Assembly: GCA_001629255.1 (NCBI GenBank)
Contig: LURZ01000032.1
Location: 1 to 59,782 of the forward strand
Direction: 5' to 3'
Source of the DNA: Marine group II euryarchaeote REDSEA-S42_B7
GTDB lineage: Archaea; Thermoplasmatota; Poseidoniia; Poseidoniales; Thalassarchaeaceae
DNA length: 59,782 bases
Position numbers and translations under genes: made by a program
Shown: one piece after another, positions 37,663 through 48,744 of the stretch
How the letters are laid out: each line of letters starts with the position of its first letter
Position numbering within the stretch: the stretch's first letter is position 1
Notes under the pieces: model-generated
Told to the model about the DNA's origin: nothing
What the model saw: the letters and a program-made list of their open reading frames with translations, nothing else
Database searches by the model: none

Positions 37663-40641
37663 TCAGACCATCCCGTTTAGGTGTTGACCTGTATAGCTTC
37701 CAGGCTCCCTAGCGACCTCGTCAGGCGTTCCTGCGACTACCACCTCTCCACCCAGCTCTCCTCCCTCCGGACCTAGGTCGATTATCCAGTCCGCGCACTT
37801 GATCACATCGAGGTGGTGTTCTATCACTATCACCGTGTGACCGTTGCGTCGTAGCCGAAGTAGGACATCGATGAGCTGATGGACGTCTGATAGAGCCAGG
37901 CCCGTAGTCGGTTCGTCCAAGATGTAGAATGTGTGCTTCCTTGGTGGTCTGTGGAGTTCGGTTGCCAACTTGACTCGTTGGGCCTCTCCTCCGGAGAGTG
38001 TTGTTGCAGGCTGTCCTAGCCTGATGTATCCCAATCCAACATCCTGGACCGTCTTGACTATCCTGTGGATCCTGGGTTGGTTCTCAAAGAAGACGCATGC
38101 CTCATCAACGCTCAATTCGAGAATATCATTAATCGTCTTACCCTTCCACTTGACCTCTAGTGTCTCCCTGGTGTACCTCTTTCCCTTGCACACTTCACAA
38201 GTTACCCACACGTCTGGTAGGAAGTTCATCTCCAGTTTAGTAGAGCCCGCTCCGCTGCATGCCTCGCACCTCCCTCCTCTGACATTGAAGGAGAACTGTC
38301 CTGGTTCGTATCCCCTTTCCTTCGCCAATTTTGTCTGTGAGAATAGGTCCCTAATAGGTCCGAAGGCACCTGTGTAAGTTGCCGGATTAGATCTTGGAGT
38401 CCTTCCAATGGGTGATTGGTCGATTACTATGGTCTTGTCCACCATTTCCAGGCCTGCAATCCCATCCATGGCGCCAGGAGTTGAGTCTGTTCCGTGGAGT
38501 TCTCTAAGAAGTGCTGGTGCAAGTGTCTCAGTAACCAAAGACGACTTGCCGGATCCCGAAACCCCGGTAACGGCCACCATGCAGCCGAGGGGTATCCTGA
38601 CATCGATGTCCTGGAGGTTGTTCTGACGGGCACCTGAAATCTTGATCCATCGTTCATCGTCGGGCTCGACTCTATCGTCGGGAATCGGGATCCCCTCCCT
38701 CCCCGACAGATATGCGGCCGTAGGGCTCTCATCGCTTCGTAAGAGATCTGGGTAGGTCCCACTCACGACCAGTTGCCCGCCGTCCTTCCCAGCGCCGGGT
38801 CCGAGATCAACCAGCCAATCGGCCTGCTTCATCGTAGCCTCATCGTGCTCCACAACCAGCAGTGTATTCCCGAGATCTGTTAGCTCCCTCAACGTCTGAA
38901 GTAGTCTGTCGTTGTCCCTGGGATGAAGACCTATGCTAGGCTCATCCAAGACGTACATTACGCCGGTTAGTCGTGTGCCTATCTGTGTTGCCAATCGTAT
39001 CCTCTGACTCTCCCCGCCCGAGAGAGTGTTAGCCCTGCGATCTAGTGTCAGGTAGTCTAACCCAACCAAGGCAAGGAACCTGAGTCTGGACTCTATCTCC
39101 TTGATGATCTCTTTTCCTATGTACATGGAACGCTCGTCTAGCCTCTCCGTCGATTGGACTATGACGCTGTCTGGGGCGTCTCTGTCGAGATTGTCCCATG
39201 TATCATCTAAGCCCCCCAACCTCCAATTCTGTACCACGGCCAAGGCTTCCAGCACACTGCAACTTGAAATTCCTGGAAGATTCACACCCCCGACGGTGAC
39301 CTTGGATACGGCATCGTTCAGTTTGTCTCCACGGCAAGTTGAGCACGCCTCATCCGTCATGAACGAGGATAGCCTGGACCTAGTTCGCTCTGAGCTGGTA
39401 TCCTTGTATGTACGAGCGAGTCTGGAGAAGACCCCTTCCCATGGTCTGGACATAGTGTACGAGGACCCCTTCTCAGAGTTGAACTCGAAATTGATCACCT
39501 CGCCTCCTGAGCCATTGAGCATGATATCGCGACTGTCCTCGTCCAATTCTCCAAATGGGACGTCCGTGGGTATGCCGAAGTGGTCGCATGTCTGAGTCAT
39601 CTGGCTTCGGTACCAACCGGACATCATCGACCTCCGGAAGGGCCTGATGCATCCCTCCCCCACCGTAGCTGTCCTGTCGATTACGAGATCGGGAGAGAAT
39701 GACCGCTCGACCCCTAACCCCTGACAGGTGGGGCACGCTCCTAGGGGGTTGTTGAACGAGAAAACTCGGGGGCTCATCTCAGGAAGGAAGGAGCCGTGGG
39801 TTGGGCATGCAAACTCCTCCGAGTAAGCGATTACCTCTTCCTCCTGGGTCCTGAATCTCTGCTCTTCTGCATTGTCTTCCCCGGGTTTGGGCGCACTCAG
39901 ACTCTCCACTGCAACGGACCCTGCGCCGAGGCGCAATCCCGCCTCTATTCCCTCTGTTAGCCTCTGTCTATTGGGCTGTGTCAGCAGCAGTCTGTCCACT
40001 CTGACGTCTACATCGTGTCTCAGATTCTTTTCCAAGCGTGGGGGATCTTCGAAGCTAGCCTCTCTTCCATTTACCTTGCCTGCAAGGTATCCTTGGTCTA
40101 CCAAAGCATTGAACAAGTCGGCATGGGTGCCCTTTCGATTCCTGATTGCAGGACTCCAAATCGCTATCCCATGTCCCTCAAAGCGCCACATGACATCATC
40201 GACAATCTCCTGCACGGTCCTCCTGCTAACTTCGCGTCCACATTCGGGACAATGAGGGAGTCCGACTCTCGCCCACAGAAGTCGCATGTAATCCATCATC
40301 TCAGTTACGGTAGCAACTGTCGATCTGGGGTTGTGACTTCCTTGCTTCTGATCTATGCTGATAGCCGGTGATAGTCCTTCGATAGAGTCGCAGTCTGGTT
40401 TCTTCATTTGTCCGAGGAACTGCCTTGCATAGGAACTTAGGCTCTCGACATAGCGTCTCTGGCCCTCTGCATACAGAGTATCGAATGCTAAGCTTGATTT
40501 CCCGGAGCCTGAAACCCCAGATATCACGACGAACTTTCCCCTCGGTATGCTAACATCGATGTTCTTCAGATTATGAGTCCTGGCCCCCTTTACCTCGATC
40601 CAACCATCCTCGGAAAAGCCATTGCTCTTGTTGTCTGACAT
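37663..40641 (-). CDS. uvrA: excinuclease ABC subunit A
   Basis: Two GVSGSGKS Walker A motifs, [16 protein letters not shown] signatures, Zn fingers; SD GGTGA before ATG 40641. Confidence 0.98.
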   Translation of the reverse strand: MSDNKSNGFSEDGWIEVKGARTHNLKNIDVSIPRGKFVVISGVSGSGKSSLAFDTLYAEGQRRYVESLSSYARQFLGQMKKPDCDSIEGLSPAISIDQKQGSHNPRSTVATVTEMMDYMRLLWARVGLPHCPECGREVSRRTVQEIVDDVMWRFEGHGIAIWSPAIRNRKGTHADLFNALVDQGYLAGKVNGREASFEDPPRLEKNLRHDVDVRVDRLLLTQPNRQRLTEGIEAGLRLGAGSVAVESLSAPKPGEDNAEEQRFRTQEEEVIAYSEEFACPTHGSFLPEMSPRVFSFNNPLGACPTCQGLGVERSFSPDLVIDRTATVGEGCIRPFRRSMMSGWYRSQMTQTCDHFGIPTDVPFGELDEDSRDIMLNGSGGEVINFEFNSEKGSSYTMSRPWEGVFSRLARTYKDTSSERTRSRLSSFMTDEACSTCRGDKLNDAVSKVTVGGVNLPGISSCSVLEALAVVQNWRLGGLDDTWDNLDRDAPDSVIVQSTERLDERSMYIGKEIIKEIESRLRFLALVGLDYLTLDRRANTLSGGESQRIRLATQIGTRLTGVMYVLDEPSIGLHPRDNDRLLQTLRELTDLGNTLLVVEHDEATMKQADWLVDLGPGAGKDGGQLVVSGTYPDLLRSDESPTAAYLSGREGIPIPDDRVEPDDERWIKISGARQNNLQDIDVRIPLGCMVAVTGVSGSGKSSLVTETLAPALLRELHGTDSTPGAMDGIAGLEMVDKTIVIDQSPIGRTPRSNPATYTGAFGPIRDLFSQTKLAKERGYEPGQFSFNVRGGRCEACSGAGSTKLEMNFLPDVWVTCEVCKGKRYTRETLEVKWKGKTINDILELSVDEACVFFENQPRIHRIVKTVQDVGLGYIRLGQPATTLSGGEAQRVKLATELHRPPRKHTFYILDEPTTGLALSDVHQLIDVLLRLRRNGHTVIVIEHHLDVIKCADWIIDLGPEGGELGGEVVVAGTPDEVAREPGSYTGQHLNGMV

Positions 40642-40786
40642 CGCATCACCTTGTCCGGAGTAACCACTCACAGCGCGCTCCTTTGAAACCATGCCTGAGA
40701 AAACCACACAGAATGGAATCGGGGTTGCTTTGGCCTTGTAGTTACAACGGCTGTGAATTGGAGTCGAGCGCTCTTAGGTTTAGTGT

Positions 40787-41995
40787 CTAGAGAAGCCAGA
40801 GAGCGTCGATAGTGTCGCCCTCTTGACAATCCGAATCCGGAGGGAGAAGAGAGAGGCCATTGTGGGCTACCATACTGTGGATATTACCGCTTCCCTGGTG
40901 CGTACTTGTGGAGCCTAGCAATCTATCTCCCTCCTGTCTGATAGAAATCCTCCTCATGCACAGCTTCCCAGGCGCTCCCTTCAGTGACTCCTCCATCTCC
41001 ACTCTTACTCTGTTGGCAAGTCTGGGTCTGATTCCCTCTTCGGAGCCCATACTGAATGACATCCATGGTGCTACCAGTACTGTGAAGACGATGTGACTGC
41101 TGACTGGGTTTCCTGGAAGCCCGAAAATTGGTTTCCCCCTCCAAGAGCCGAAAATTGGTGGGCCTCCTGGTTTAATCATCACCTTCCAGAATCTAATATC
41201 TCCTTCTTCCTCCATTATTCTTCGAACCATGTCCCATTCCCCCATGCTGACCCCTCCACTGGTAAGAATGGCGTCGCATGACGCTGCAGCTTCGTCCAGA
41301 GTTTCTCTCAGACGATCCATGCTGTCTTTAATCAGGTCGAGCCTCCTTGGTGTTCCTCCCATCTTCTCCACAAGGGATGATAGCCCGAATGTGTTGGATT
41401 CGTATATCGAGCTCTCTGAGAGAGGTTCCCCGGGAGGAGTCAGCTCGTCTCCGACCCCTATCACAGCAATGTTGGGTTTCCTTACCACCCTGATGTTCGC
41501 ATGGCCCATTGTTGCTGCGAGAGAAACCGAAGCCGGAGTCAGGACGGTGCCAGCTCTCAATGCCACGGTGTCGCGGGTTAGGTTCTCGCCCTTCCAGCGG
41601 ATAAAGCTGGGTTTGGCCGGGCCGTCGATTGTTACTTTGTCCCCTACAATAGTGGAGTCTTCGACCATCACAATGGCATCCGCTCCCTGAGGTATGGGTG
41701 CACCGGTCATTATCCTGCAAGCTTCACCTGCATTTACGGCCGGGATTTCTTCAGAGCCGGCTTGGCTAGTTCCCACTATCCTCAGTATGGCTCCTAGTTT
41801 CTTGCAATCTGCCTCTCTTACTGCCCAGCCGTCCATAGCCGAGTTATCGAATCTCGGATCGTCTACCATTGATATTAGGTCCTCGAAAAGAGTCCGGCCA
41901 GATGCCGTAATCAACGGAATTGTCTCGTGTTCCCTGACCAGGGTAAGTTGACTGGCCAGTTCAATTGCCCGTTGCAGGGAAACTCCTACCTCCAT
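40787..41995 (-). CDS. moeA: molybdopterin molybdotransferase
   Basis: FDNSAMDGWA, IMTGAPIP.GADA, GDEL, TSGGVSMG, FGLPGNPVS; start moved to 41995. Confidence 0.93.
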   Translation of the reverse strand: MEVGVSLQRAIELASQLTLVREHETIPLITASGRTLFEDLISMVDDPRFDNSAMDGWAVREADCKKLGAILRIVGTSQAGSEEIPAVNAGEACRIMTGAPIPQGADAIVMVEDSTIVGDKVTIDGPAKPSFIRWKGENLTRDTVALRAGTVLTPASVSLAATMGHANIRVVRKPNIAVIGVGDELTPPGEPLSESSIYESNTFGLSSLVEKMGGTPRRLDLIKDSMDRLRETLDEAAASCDAILTSGGVSMGEWDMVRRIMEEEGDIRFWKVMIKPGGPPIFGSWRGKPIFGLPGNPVSSHIVFTVLVAPWMSFSMGSEEGIRPRLANRVRVEMEESLKGAPGKLCMRRISIRQEGDRLLGSTSTHQGSGNIHSMVAHNGLSLLPPDSDCQEGDTIDALWLL

Positions 41996-42044
41996 GGTCA
42001 CCGAGAAACGGTGGAGTTGAAGTGTCCTTCCCAAAGGGGTCCTC

Positions 42045-42809
42045 GTGGTTTCCACTGAGTTGGTGCTTATTTTAATCGCCCTATTCGCTGTAGCATCTCT
42101 GTACTCCTCGGTTGGGCTCGGGGGAGCGTCGGGTTACCTAGCTGTCCTGTCGTTGACGACGTTTGCAGCGTCGGAGTCGATTTGGCTCAAGCAATATGCC
42201 TGGTCGCTAAATCTGATTGTGGCTGGGATTGCCTTCTGGAACTACCACAGGTCTGGTCATCATGTCAGGGATCTGTCTCTCCCATTCATTTCCTCAAGCG
42301 TGCCCATGGCCGCTCTCGGAGGATTCATGCTTGTGGAAGGGGCCGTTTACGACGCATTGCTATCACTCACATTAATCCTAGCGGCTTGGAGGTTGGTTTC
42401 AGGTGACGCAGGAGTTAGCGAGGCAGTCAGACCCAGTGCTACCAAGGCTGCGGTAGTTGGAGGTGGAATTGGCTTGGCGAGTGGAGTGATAGGCTTGGGG
42501 GGCGGCATCTTCCTACTCCCCGCCCTTATGCTCGGGAGGTGGGCTAAAGCGAAGGAGGCCGCGGCGACGACCGCCCTCTTCGTATGGCTAAACTCGCTCG
42601 CTGGACTAGTTGGAGCGGGGGTCGCTGGTAGACTTGATCTAGACCCTAGTCTTCTGTTTCCTTTCGTAATCGCAGTTCTGGCTGGGAGCCTGATAGGATC
42701 TAGGTATGGCTCTACATCCTCTTCCCAGAAGGGTGTAAGAGGAATACTTGTGACGGTACTGATTCTAGCAGCAACTAGGCGGGCATTGGGAATTCTACAA
42801 CTGGGTTGA
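42045..42809 (+). CDS. TauE/SafE sulfite-exporter family membrane protein
   Basis: LYSSVGLGGASGY and SGVIGLGGGIFL repeats; multi-TM. Confidence 0.87.
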   Translation: MVSTELVLILIALFAVASLYSSVGLGGASGYLAVLSLTTFAASESIWLKQYAWSLNLIVAGIAFWNYHRSGHHVRDLSLPFISSSVPMAALGGFMLVEGAVYDALLSLTLILAAWRLVSGDAGVSEAVRPSATKAAVVGGGIGLASGVIGLGGGIFLLPALMLGRWAKAKEAAATTALFVWLNSLAGLVGAGVAGRLDLDPSLLFPFVIAVLAGSLIGSRYGSTSSSQKGVRGILVTVLILAATRRALGILQLG

Positions 42810-42814
42810 GGTGC

Positions 42815-43621
42815 TCAGGCCTCCATCACGTGACTGACTGCATTGCGGAAAATCGCCATCCCCTCTCCCTGTCCGTGTTCATTTTGTTCTCTGGTCCATG
42901 TGGCTCCGAGCCATGTTGAATGGTTTGCCTCGGGGTGTGGCATCAACCCGAAAACCAACCCTGTCGGGTCACAGACCCCGGCGACGTTCCTCCAGCTCTG
43001 ATTAGGAGAGACTGGGTAAGGGAGGATGTTGTCGCTAGCACTAGGGTATTCGTTCGTAGGGTCGACATATCTCGCGACCAATTGGCCGGACTCTGCCCAT
43101 CTATCTATCAAGGTGGGATCGTCTGTGACAAATTTTCCTTCCCCATGCCGCACTGGGACCCTGATGCGCTCGAGTCCCGCTGTCCATATGCACGGACTCT
43201 TTGGGTCGAACTCAAGGGTCACCCATCTGTTCTCGTAGTGACCGCTGTCATTGAGTGCGAGAGAGGCGGTCTGGGTTAGTGAAACCTCTTCGTCACCTGG
43301 AAGGAGGCCCATCTTCACAAGTATCTGGAAGCCGTTGCATATACCAATTACAGGCTTCCCATCCCTTACGAAACCCCTTACCTGGTCCCTCAAACCGAAA
43401 CGAAGCCTGTTTCCCATCAGCCTGCCGCTGCCTAGATGGTCGCCGAAGGAGAACCCTCCAGGTATCGCCATGATCTGGTAATCTGAGAGATTCAATTCCC
43501 CGTTGACCAGCCGGTTGACGTGAACCCTGTCAGCACGGGCTCCTGACATCTCGAATACGGCCATAGTCTCTGTCTCACAGTTGATTCCGAAGCCCGAAAG
43601 GACTGCTACCTTGGGAGTCAT
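42815..43621 (-). CDS. purQ: FGAM synthase glutaminase subunit
   Basis: GINCE.ET, PGGFSFGD, GICNGFQ, HGEGK, GLMPHPE; ATG overlaps the purL stop. Confidence 0.95.
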   Translation of the reverse strand: MTPKVAVLSGFGINCETETMAVFEMSGARADRVHVNRLVNGELNLSDYQIMAIPGGFSFGDHLGSGRLMGNRLRFGLRDQVRGFVRDGKPVIGICNGFQILVKMGLLPGDEEVSLTQTASLALNDSGHYENRWVTLEFDPKSPCIWTAGLERIRVPVRHGEGKFVTDDPTLIDRWAESGQLVARYVDPTNEYPSASDNILPYPVSPNQSWRNVAGVCDPTGLVFGLMPHPEANHSTWLGATWTREQNEHGQGEGMAIFRNAVSHVMEA

Positions 43622-46575
43622 CAGAGTCCCCCTCCATGTAGTGTGTTCTTCCAAGAGTCCCTCATTTCCGACATTGAGCCCAAGAGGACTTTTTCTCCGT
43701 CCCTAGATACGGAGATGGCGTCTCCCTTGGAGACCAGCCCTAGGTAGTGACAGCATACTCCCTCCATGGATTCCTCGAAGGCCTCCTTGTCTGATTGGAG
43801 TGGGGATATGTCAATTGAAGCCCCGGAGTCAGCGCCGAAGCAGCACTCCGCCAGAGCCACGGCCAAGCCACCGTCGCTGCAGTCATGGGCGCTGGACACC
43901 AGTCCGCTCTTCATGGATGAAGCAAGCGCCCTGTAGACTTTCATGTTCCTCTCTGGTTCGATATCCGGTACGTCCCCACCTATCCCTCCTGAGCCCTCGT
44001 CCCTCAGCATGAATGCCAATTCGCTAGCACCGAGTTCCTGATGGGTCTCTCCGACTATGAAAATCGCGTCTCCGGGTTTCTTGAAGTCCGACGAGACTGC
44101 TTTCCGGACGTCTTCGTGGTTTCCAAGCAGACTGAATAGCAGAGTTGGTGGGACGCTGATCTTCTCTCCTCCCATCATGGCATCGTTCTTCATGGAGTCC
44201 TTGCCGCTAATACATGGTAACCTGTATGCCCTGCAGACGTCATCCAGTGCTCTATTAGCTCTGACTAGTTGGGCCAGTTTGTACCGTCCATCCGGAGTCT
44301 TGGATGACTCGATTGGGTCGGGCCAGCAGAAGTTGTCGAGACCTGCAATAAGATCTAGGTCCACCCCCACACATACGGCGTTCCTTAGAGCCTCATCGAC
44401 GGAGGCCGCCGCCATTGCATAGGAATCGATGTCTGAGTATCTGGGAGCGATGCCGTTCGAGATAACTAGTCCCTGGGTCCCTCCTTGTATTGGCGCTATC
44501 ACGGCAGCGTCTCCTGGAGCATCGTGGTTAGTGCCACAGAATGGCTTGATCACGCTCTGGGCTATCACCTCGTGGTCGTAGGAACGGACCCACCATTCCT
44601 TGCTGGCTACGTTGGGTCTGGCTAGGAGCCTGACGAGTAATTTCCCCATTCCTTCCTCATCCAGTTCGGGCGTCTCCACCGGTAAATGAGTCGGAGGGCT
44701 CCACTCGGAGTCTAGATTGAGTTGCGGGCATCCGTCGAAGAGGAAATGAATGGGCAGGTGTGCAACGGGTGTCTGTCCATGATGGACTACGAATGCCCCG
44801 GAATCGGTGAACTCACCGACTGCTGTTGCCTCGACCTCATGTAGACTGGCTAGGGCCTCGAACTTCTCACAGTCGTCTGGTCTGACTCCTACTGTCATCC
44901 TCTCCTGGGACTCCGAGACCAGTATCTCCCAGGATGAGAGTCCTGCTTGTTTGAGTGGGACCTGCCCTAGGTCGAGTTTGGCTCCGCCTGTGAGTTCGGC
45001 CATCTCCCCGACACTACTGGAAAGTCCTCCTGCGCCGTTATCCGTTATTACCTGAATTAGACCCTCGTCTCTGGCTTCCAGAATCATGTCTAGCATCTTT
45101 TTTTGGGTGATGGGGTCTCCAATCTGGACTGCTGAGCTAGGGCTCTCTTCAGTTAGTTCAAGGCTGGAGAATGTCGCTCCGTGGATCCCATCGCTTCCAA
45201 CCCTGCCCCCTACCATGTAAACGATGTCCCCTGGTTTGGGCGTCTTCACGTGGCTCTCTCTTCCGTCTGCGAGGGTTCGGGGCATGATTCCAACTGTACC
45301 ACAGAAGACCAGGGGTTTTCCGATGTATCTCTCGTCGAACACTATTGCTCCGTTGACTGTAGGGATCCCTGACTCGTTTCCACCCGATCTTACTCCTGAG
45401 TGGACTCCTCTGAAAACCCTTGAGGGGTGAAAAAGTCCGGGGGGGATTGTCCCAGAGTAATCGGGCGGCCCGAAGCAGAATACATCTGTATTGGCTATGG
45501 GCCTGGCCCCCAATCCGGTTCCTAGGATATCTCTGTTCACCCCCACAATTCCTGTAATAGCGCCACCGAATGGATCCAGAGCACTGGGGCTGTTGTGCGT
45601 CTCGGCCTTTATGCAAACACTCCATTCATCATTCCAGGAGATAACTCCCGAATTGTCATGAAATATGCTTAGTAGCCAATCTACCTCTTTTTGGATATCC
45701 AGCGTTGGCTGCATTATGTGGGTCTTGAATAGGGAATTGATTATACTGTCCTCATGCGTTGTTTTGTCCACGTGTCTGATCTTCGCAGCGAATATCTTGT
45801 GCGAACAGTGCTCTGACCATGTCTGGGCAAGGCACTCTAGTTCTGCGTCGGTTGGTCTGTCCGATTGTAGTCCCTGTTCGGTTCTTTCGGCCCTGACAGC
45901 AGGATCTCTGTAGTGGCTTTGGATGGCTTTCATCTCTTGTAAGTTTAGAGCAAGCAGTCCTCTTTCGCTAATTTCAAGCAGATCGTCGTCACTAACCTCC
46001 AAATCTATCGTCATCGGTTCCTTGAATATGTTTGGAAGGACCTCTGGAAATCCGAGCTCCGGCCAGTGTCCCTTTGAGCACCCATTTCGGTCTGCCACGG
46101 ACGCTCTCTCTATCATTGGGTTGTATAGGGTCGCAGCCAGCTCTGAGGGGGAAACTGTGCCTTGTACTCCCCAGAAGGCATAGGTCATATACGTTGCAAC
46201 TCTAGCTTCTTTCTGCTCTGGAAATAGCGTTGTCAGACCGTCCAAACAGGCCTGGGCGGAGTTGTCCGTGACGCCTGGCTTGAATCCTATCTGGATCGCT
46301 ACCTCTGGTGCTTCATAGAAGTCGTCTAGTATCCTTGAGTCCGTTGCAGCGACCTCGATTACTGGGTCTGCAAACAGGTCATAGGTCAGGGTTTCTGCCT
46401 GTGCGTCTGAGATTGTAGATCTAACCTGATATCCCATGATGACCCTGACGGAGTCTACTTTGATTCCATGATCGGTCTTTAGCATGGAGCGGACGTTCTC
46501 ACCCCTGGAGTCTGGAAGACCTTCGAGATCCTTTGTAGTGACTTCGAATATCCTGACATGTTCATCTGATGACAT
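43621..46575 (-). CDS. purL: FGAM synthase PurL with N-terminal PurS-like extension
   Basis: QTWSEHCSHK, KAETHNSPS, DGIHGATFSS, DNGAGG, SESQERM, SGKDS, HDCSDGG. Confidence 0.95.
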   Translation of the reverse strand: MSSDEHVRIFEVTTKDLEGLPDSRGENVRSMLKTDHGIKVDSVRVIMGYQVRSTISDAQAETLTYDLFADPVIEVAATDSRILDDFYEAPEVAIQIGFKPGVTDNSAQACLDGLTTLFPEQKEARVATYMTYAFWGVQGTVSPSELAATLYNPMIERASVADRNGCSKGHWPELGFPEVLPNIFKEPMTIDLEVSDDDLLEISERGLLALNLQEMKAIQSHYRDPAVRAERTEQGLQSDRPTDAELECLAQTWSEHCSHKIFAAKIRHVDKTTHEDSIINSLFKTHIMQPTLDIQKEVDWLLSIFHDNSGVISWNDEWSVCIKAETHNSPSALDPFGGAITGIVGVNRDILGTGLGARPIANTDVFCFGPPDYSGTIPPGLFHPSRVFRGVHSGVRSGGNESGIPTVNGAIVFDERYIGKPLVFCGTVGIMPRTLADGRESHVKTPKPGDIVYMVGGRVGSDGIHGATFSSLELTEESPSSAVQIGDPITQKKMLDMILEARDEGLIQVITDNGAGGLSSSVGEMAELTGGAKLDLGQVPLKQAGLSSWEILVSESQERMTVGVRPDDCEKFEALASLHEVEATAVGEFTDSGAFVVHHGQTPVAHLPIHFLFDGCPQLNLDSEWSPPTHLPVETPELDEEGMGKLLVRLLARPNVASKEWWVRSYDHEVIAQSVIKPFCGTNHDAPGDAAVIAPIQGGTQGLVISNGIAPRYSDIDSYAMAAASVDEALRNAVCVGVDLDLIAGLDNFCWPDPIESSKTPDGRYKLAQLVRANRALDDVCRAYRLPCISGKDSMKNDAMMGGEKISVPPTLLFSLLGNHEDVRKAVSSDFKKPGDAIFIVGETHQELGASELAFMLRDEGSGGIGGDVPDIEPERNMKVYRALASSMKSGLVSSAHDCSDGGLAVALAECCFGADSGASIDISPLQSDKEAFEESMEGVCCHYLGLVSKGDAISVSRDGEKVLLGSMSEMRDSWKNTLHGGGL

Positions 46576-46583
46576 GGATTCAC

Positions 46584-46946
46584 CTACGCCAGAAAGGCCT
46601 CACTCAATCTCCAACCAAGCCAGGCAGTGAGCGGTGCTAAGAGATTTAGTGCAATGTAAATCGAGGCTGCTGAGGAGCTGCCCGATTCGATTAGTCGTAC
46701 GCTCTCAACCCCGAATGCGGACATGGTCGTGAAGCCCCCCAACATACCCGTGCCGAAGAGTAAAATCGTCTCAGTTTGAAGGGTCGCTGCCATCATTGCT
46801 CCTAGAGCGAAGGCCCCAAACAGATTTACCACGATTGTGGCCCATGGAACCTCTGATGCTCCGTCTGAGGGCATCGCTTCTGACACTCCCCACCTTGCCA
46901 CTGACCCGATTGCGCCGCCCATACCTACCAACACAGCTGGATGCAT
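46584..46946 (-). CDS. crcB: fluoride channel CrcB/Fluc
   Basis: GGAIGSVARW, PWATIVVN, GMLGGFTTMS; start probably ATG 46946. Confidence 0.9.
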   Translation of the reverse strand: MHPAVLVGMGGAIGSVARWGVSEAMPSDGASEVPWATIVVNLFGAFALGAMMAATLQTETILLFGTGMLGGFTTMSAFGVESVRLIESGSSSAASIYIALNLLAPLTAWLGWRLSEAFLA

Positions 46947-47026
46947 GGCCCGTGCGAGAACAGACGGGGCTTGATGTTTCTTGGAAGAGGAAAGACTTGA
47001 CATAGAGGAAAGTACGGGACTAATTG

Positions 47027-47821
47027 ATGAAAGCCGAGGAAGCTTGGGGGGCTAGATGGGCCAACTGCGCTCATCCTCTTTCTCACCAGTTCATGTCAAT
47101 AGCCTGTGAAAAGGAGTCTTTGGTCGTGTTAGCAGCGGACTTGCCGACAGTGGAAGAGATTGTCCAGATTGTGGAAGATGTTGGTGATCATGTTTGCGCT
47201 CTGAAGACCCATGTAGACATGGTCAAGGATTTCAATTTGGAAGACTGGGGGGCTGTTATTGATGCTGCACGTTCCAAGGGGATGTTGCTGTTCGAAGATA
47301 GGAAATTCGCTGATATCGGAAGGGTTGCTAAGGCCCAGATGGGGGGACTGTACGATATCCGAGTATGGTCTGATTTGGTAACGTCGCACAGTGTTAGCGG
47401 TCCTGTTGTAGTAGATGGGATTGCTGAAGCATGGGATGAGGTGGAAAGGGTAGGGGGAGTCTTGCTTCTAGCCCAGATGTCTAGCTCTGGAAACCTACTC
47501 GAAGACTCGTATACGGACAAGACTCTGGAAATGGGCACGGCCTCTCCGCACGTTATCGGCTACATAGGTAACGGGAGCAGTCCGACCGAATTGGGGGATT
47601 TGAGGAGCAAGGTAGGAGAGGGGAAGATGATCTGGACTCCGGGGGTTAACCTTAGGTCGTCAGAGGGTATCCTGGGACAGAGATATGGAAATCCCTCAGA
47701 AGCAGTAAGAGCGGGTTCAGATGCGATAATTGTGGGTTCTGGAATTCACGGAGCCACGGACCCACTCGCTGCAGCAAGAGAATATGCATCAACCTCTTGG
47801 GTTGCCCTTCTGGAGAGGTAG
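47027..47821 (+). CDS. pyrF: orotidine-5'-phosphate decarboxylase
   Basis: LAAD, LKTHVD, FEDRKFADIG catalytic motif, LAQMSS.G, TPGV, IIVG.GI. Confidence 0.93.
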   Translation: MKAEEAWGARWANCAHPLSHQFMSIACEKESLVVLAADLPTVEEIVQIVEDVGDHVCALKTHVDMVKDFNLEDWGAVIDAARSKGMLLFEDRKFADIGRVAKAQMGGLYDIRVWSDLVTSHSVSGPVVVDGIAEAWDEVERVGGVLLLAQMSSSGNLLEDSYTDKTLEMGTASPHVIGYIGNGSSPTELGDLRSKVGEGKMIWTPGVNLRSSEGILGQRYGNPSEAVRAGSDAIIVGSGIHGATDPLAAAREYASTSWVALLER

Positions 47822-47822
47822 G

Positions 47823-48062
47823 ATGGACTATGCGACTATCGCAGCATGGGGCTGCAATACAATTGTCATTCTAGGAGTAGCGTCGTACATCGTCTTTGAG
47901 ATACTGAAGAGGTGGAGGGTCGGACTTAGGCTATCTGCTCTGGATGAGAGCCTACTACACGATGAAGTGGTGACAGTGGAAGTTGTAACGGATGCTCCTC
48001 AAGGTAGTAGTTTTGTTGCTGGTGCAGTAGCCGAGTTCGTTGAAGACCGTCGGAAATACTAG
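47823..48062 (+). CDS. small single-TM hypothetical protein
   Basis: ATG 47823 immediately after the pyrF stop; hydrophobic N-terminal helix. Confidence 0.6.
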   Translation: MDYATIAAWGCNTIVILGVASYIVFEILKRWRVGLRLSALDESLLHDEVVTVEVVTDAPQGSSFVAGAVAEFVEDRRKY

Positions 48063-48709
48063 ATTTCTACTAGGTCGAGGTAAAATGCGGCTGCCAAACC
48101 AGCCAGTATGGATATGGTGATTATTGCCAGAGCAAGAGCCTTTCCCCTCTTCCTCTTCGATGCTGGTGGTTCCGGTAGTGGTGGTGGTAACACATTGGGA
48201 GCGGACGCGTGTGTCTCGGCGCTGTCGGCGATCAGTGGTATTGGGGGCTGAGCGGGTTGTTCTTCCTCTTCGACATCGGGATAGAGTTCGTCAAGATCCA
48301 CCAGTCCTGGTGCTTCGGGAATAGGGCCGTTCATCATTACCCATTTCTGATCGATATCGCTTCTGGTGAGAGGTGTGACCAGGACTGCGACGGCACCTGC
48401 GGAATATGCTGCGTCGTTGGCTTTGGCTAGTCGTGACTTGCTGACAACGAATATCACTCTTGCCTGGGGGTCGCTCTCACGGATCTCCAGCGCTGCGACG
48501 TGTCCATCCATTGTCGGTAGATTGAGTCCCATGAAAACCATTTCTGGCTTAATCCTAACATACTCGTCTACGGCCGTATCCCCATCGTTGCAAATCTCGG
48601 ATTCCCAACCCCTCTGGCTCATTATCGATTTTATTCTGTTCGCTGTGATACGGTTCTCGTGAACGATGAGGGCCGTGAGCTTCGACTCAGTGTCCATCAG
48701 AGTGATCAC
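48059..48709 (-). CDS. membrane-anchored atypical (pseudo) receiver-domain protein
   Basis: CheY-like pattern (ALIV, DGDTAV, PEMVFM..NLPTMDG, AGA) followed by a Pro-rich linker, KRKR and a C-terminal TM. Confidence 0.8.
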   Translation of the reverse strand: MITLMDTESKLTALIVHENRITANRIKSIMSQRGWESEICNDGDTAVDEYVRIKPEMVFMGLNLPTMDGHVAALEIRESDPQARVIFVVSKSRLAKANDAAYSAGAVAVLVTPLTRSDIDQKWVMMNGPIPEAPGLVDLDELYPDVEEEEQPAQPPIPLIADSAETHASAPNVLPPPLPEPPASKRKRGKALALAIITISILAGLAAAFYLDLVEI

Positions 48710-48744
48710 AGGGGTTTCGACTCAATAAGGAGGTGGTCGATCGC

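Noticed and set aside
46947-47026. Fluoride riboswitch upstream of crcB
   Set aside because: The minus-strand leader lacks the GGCGATG..CGCC / CTGATG consensus; the short gap is shared with the divergent pyrF start.
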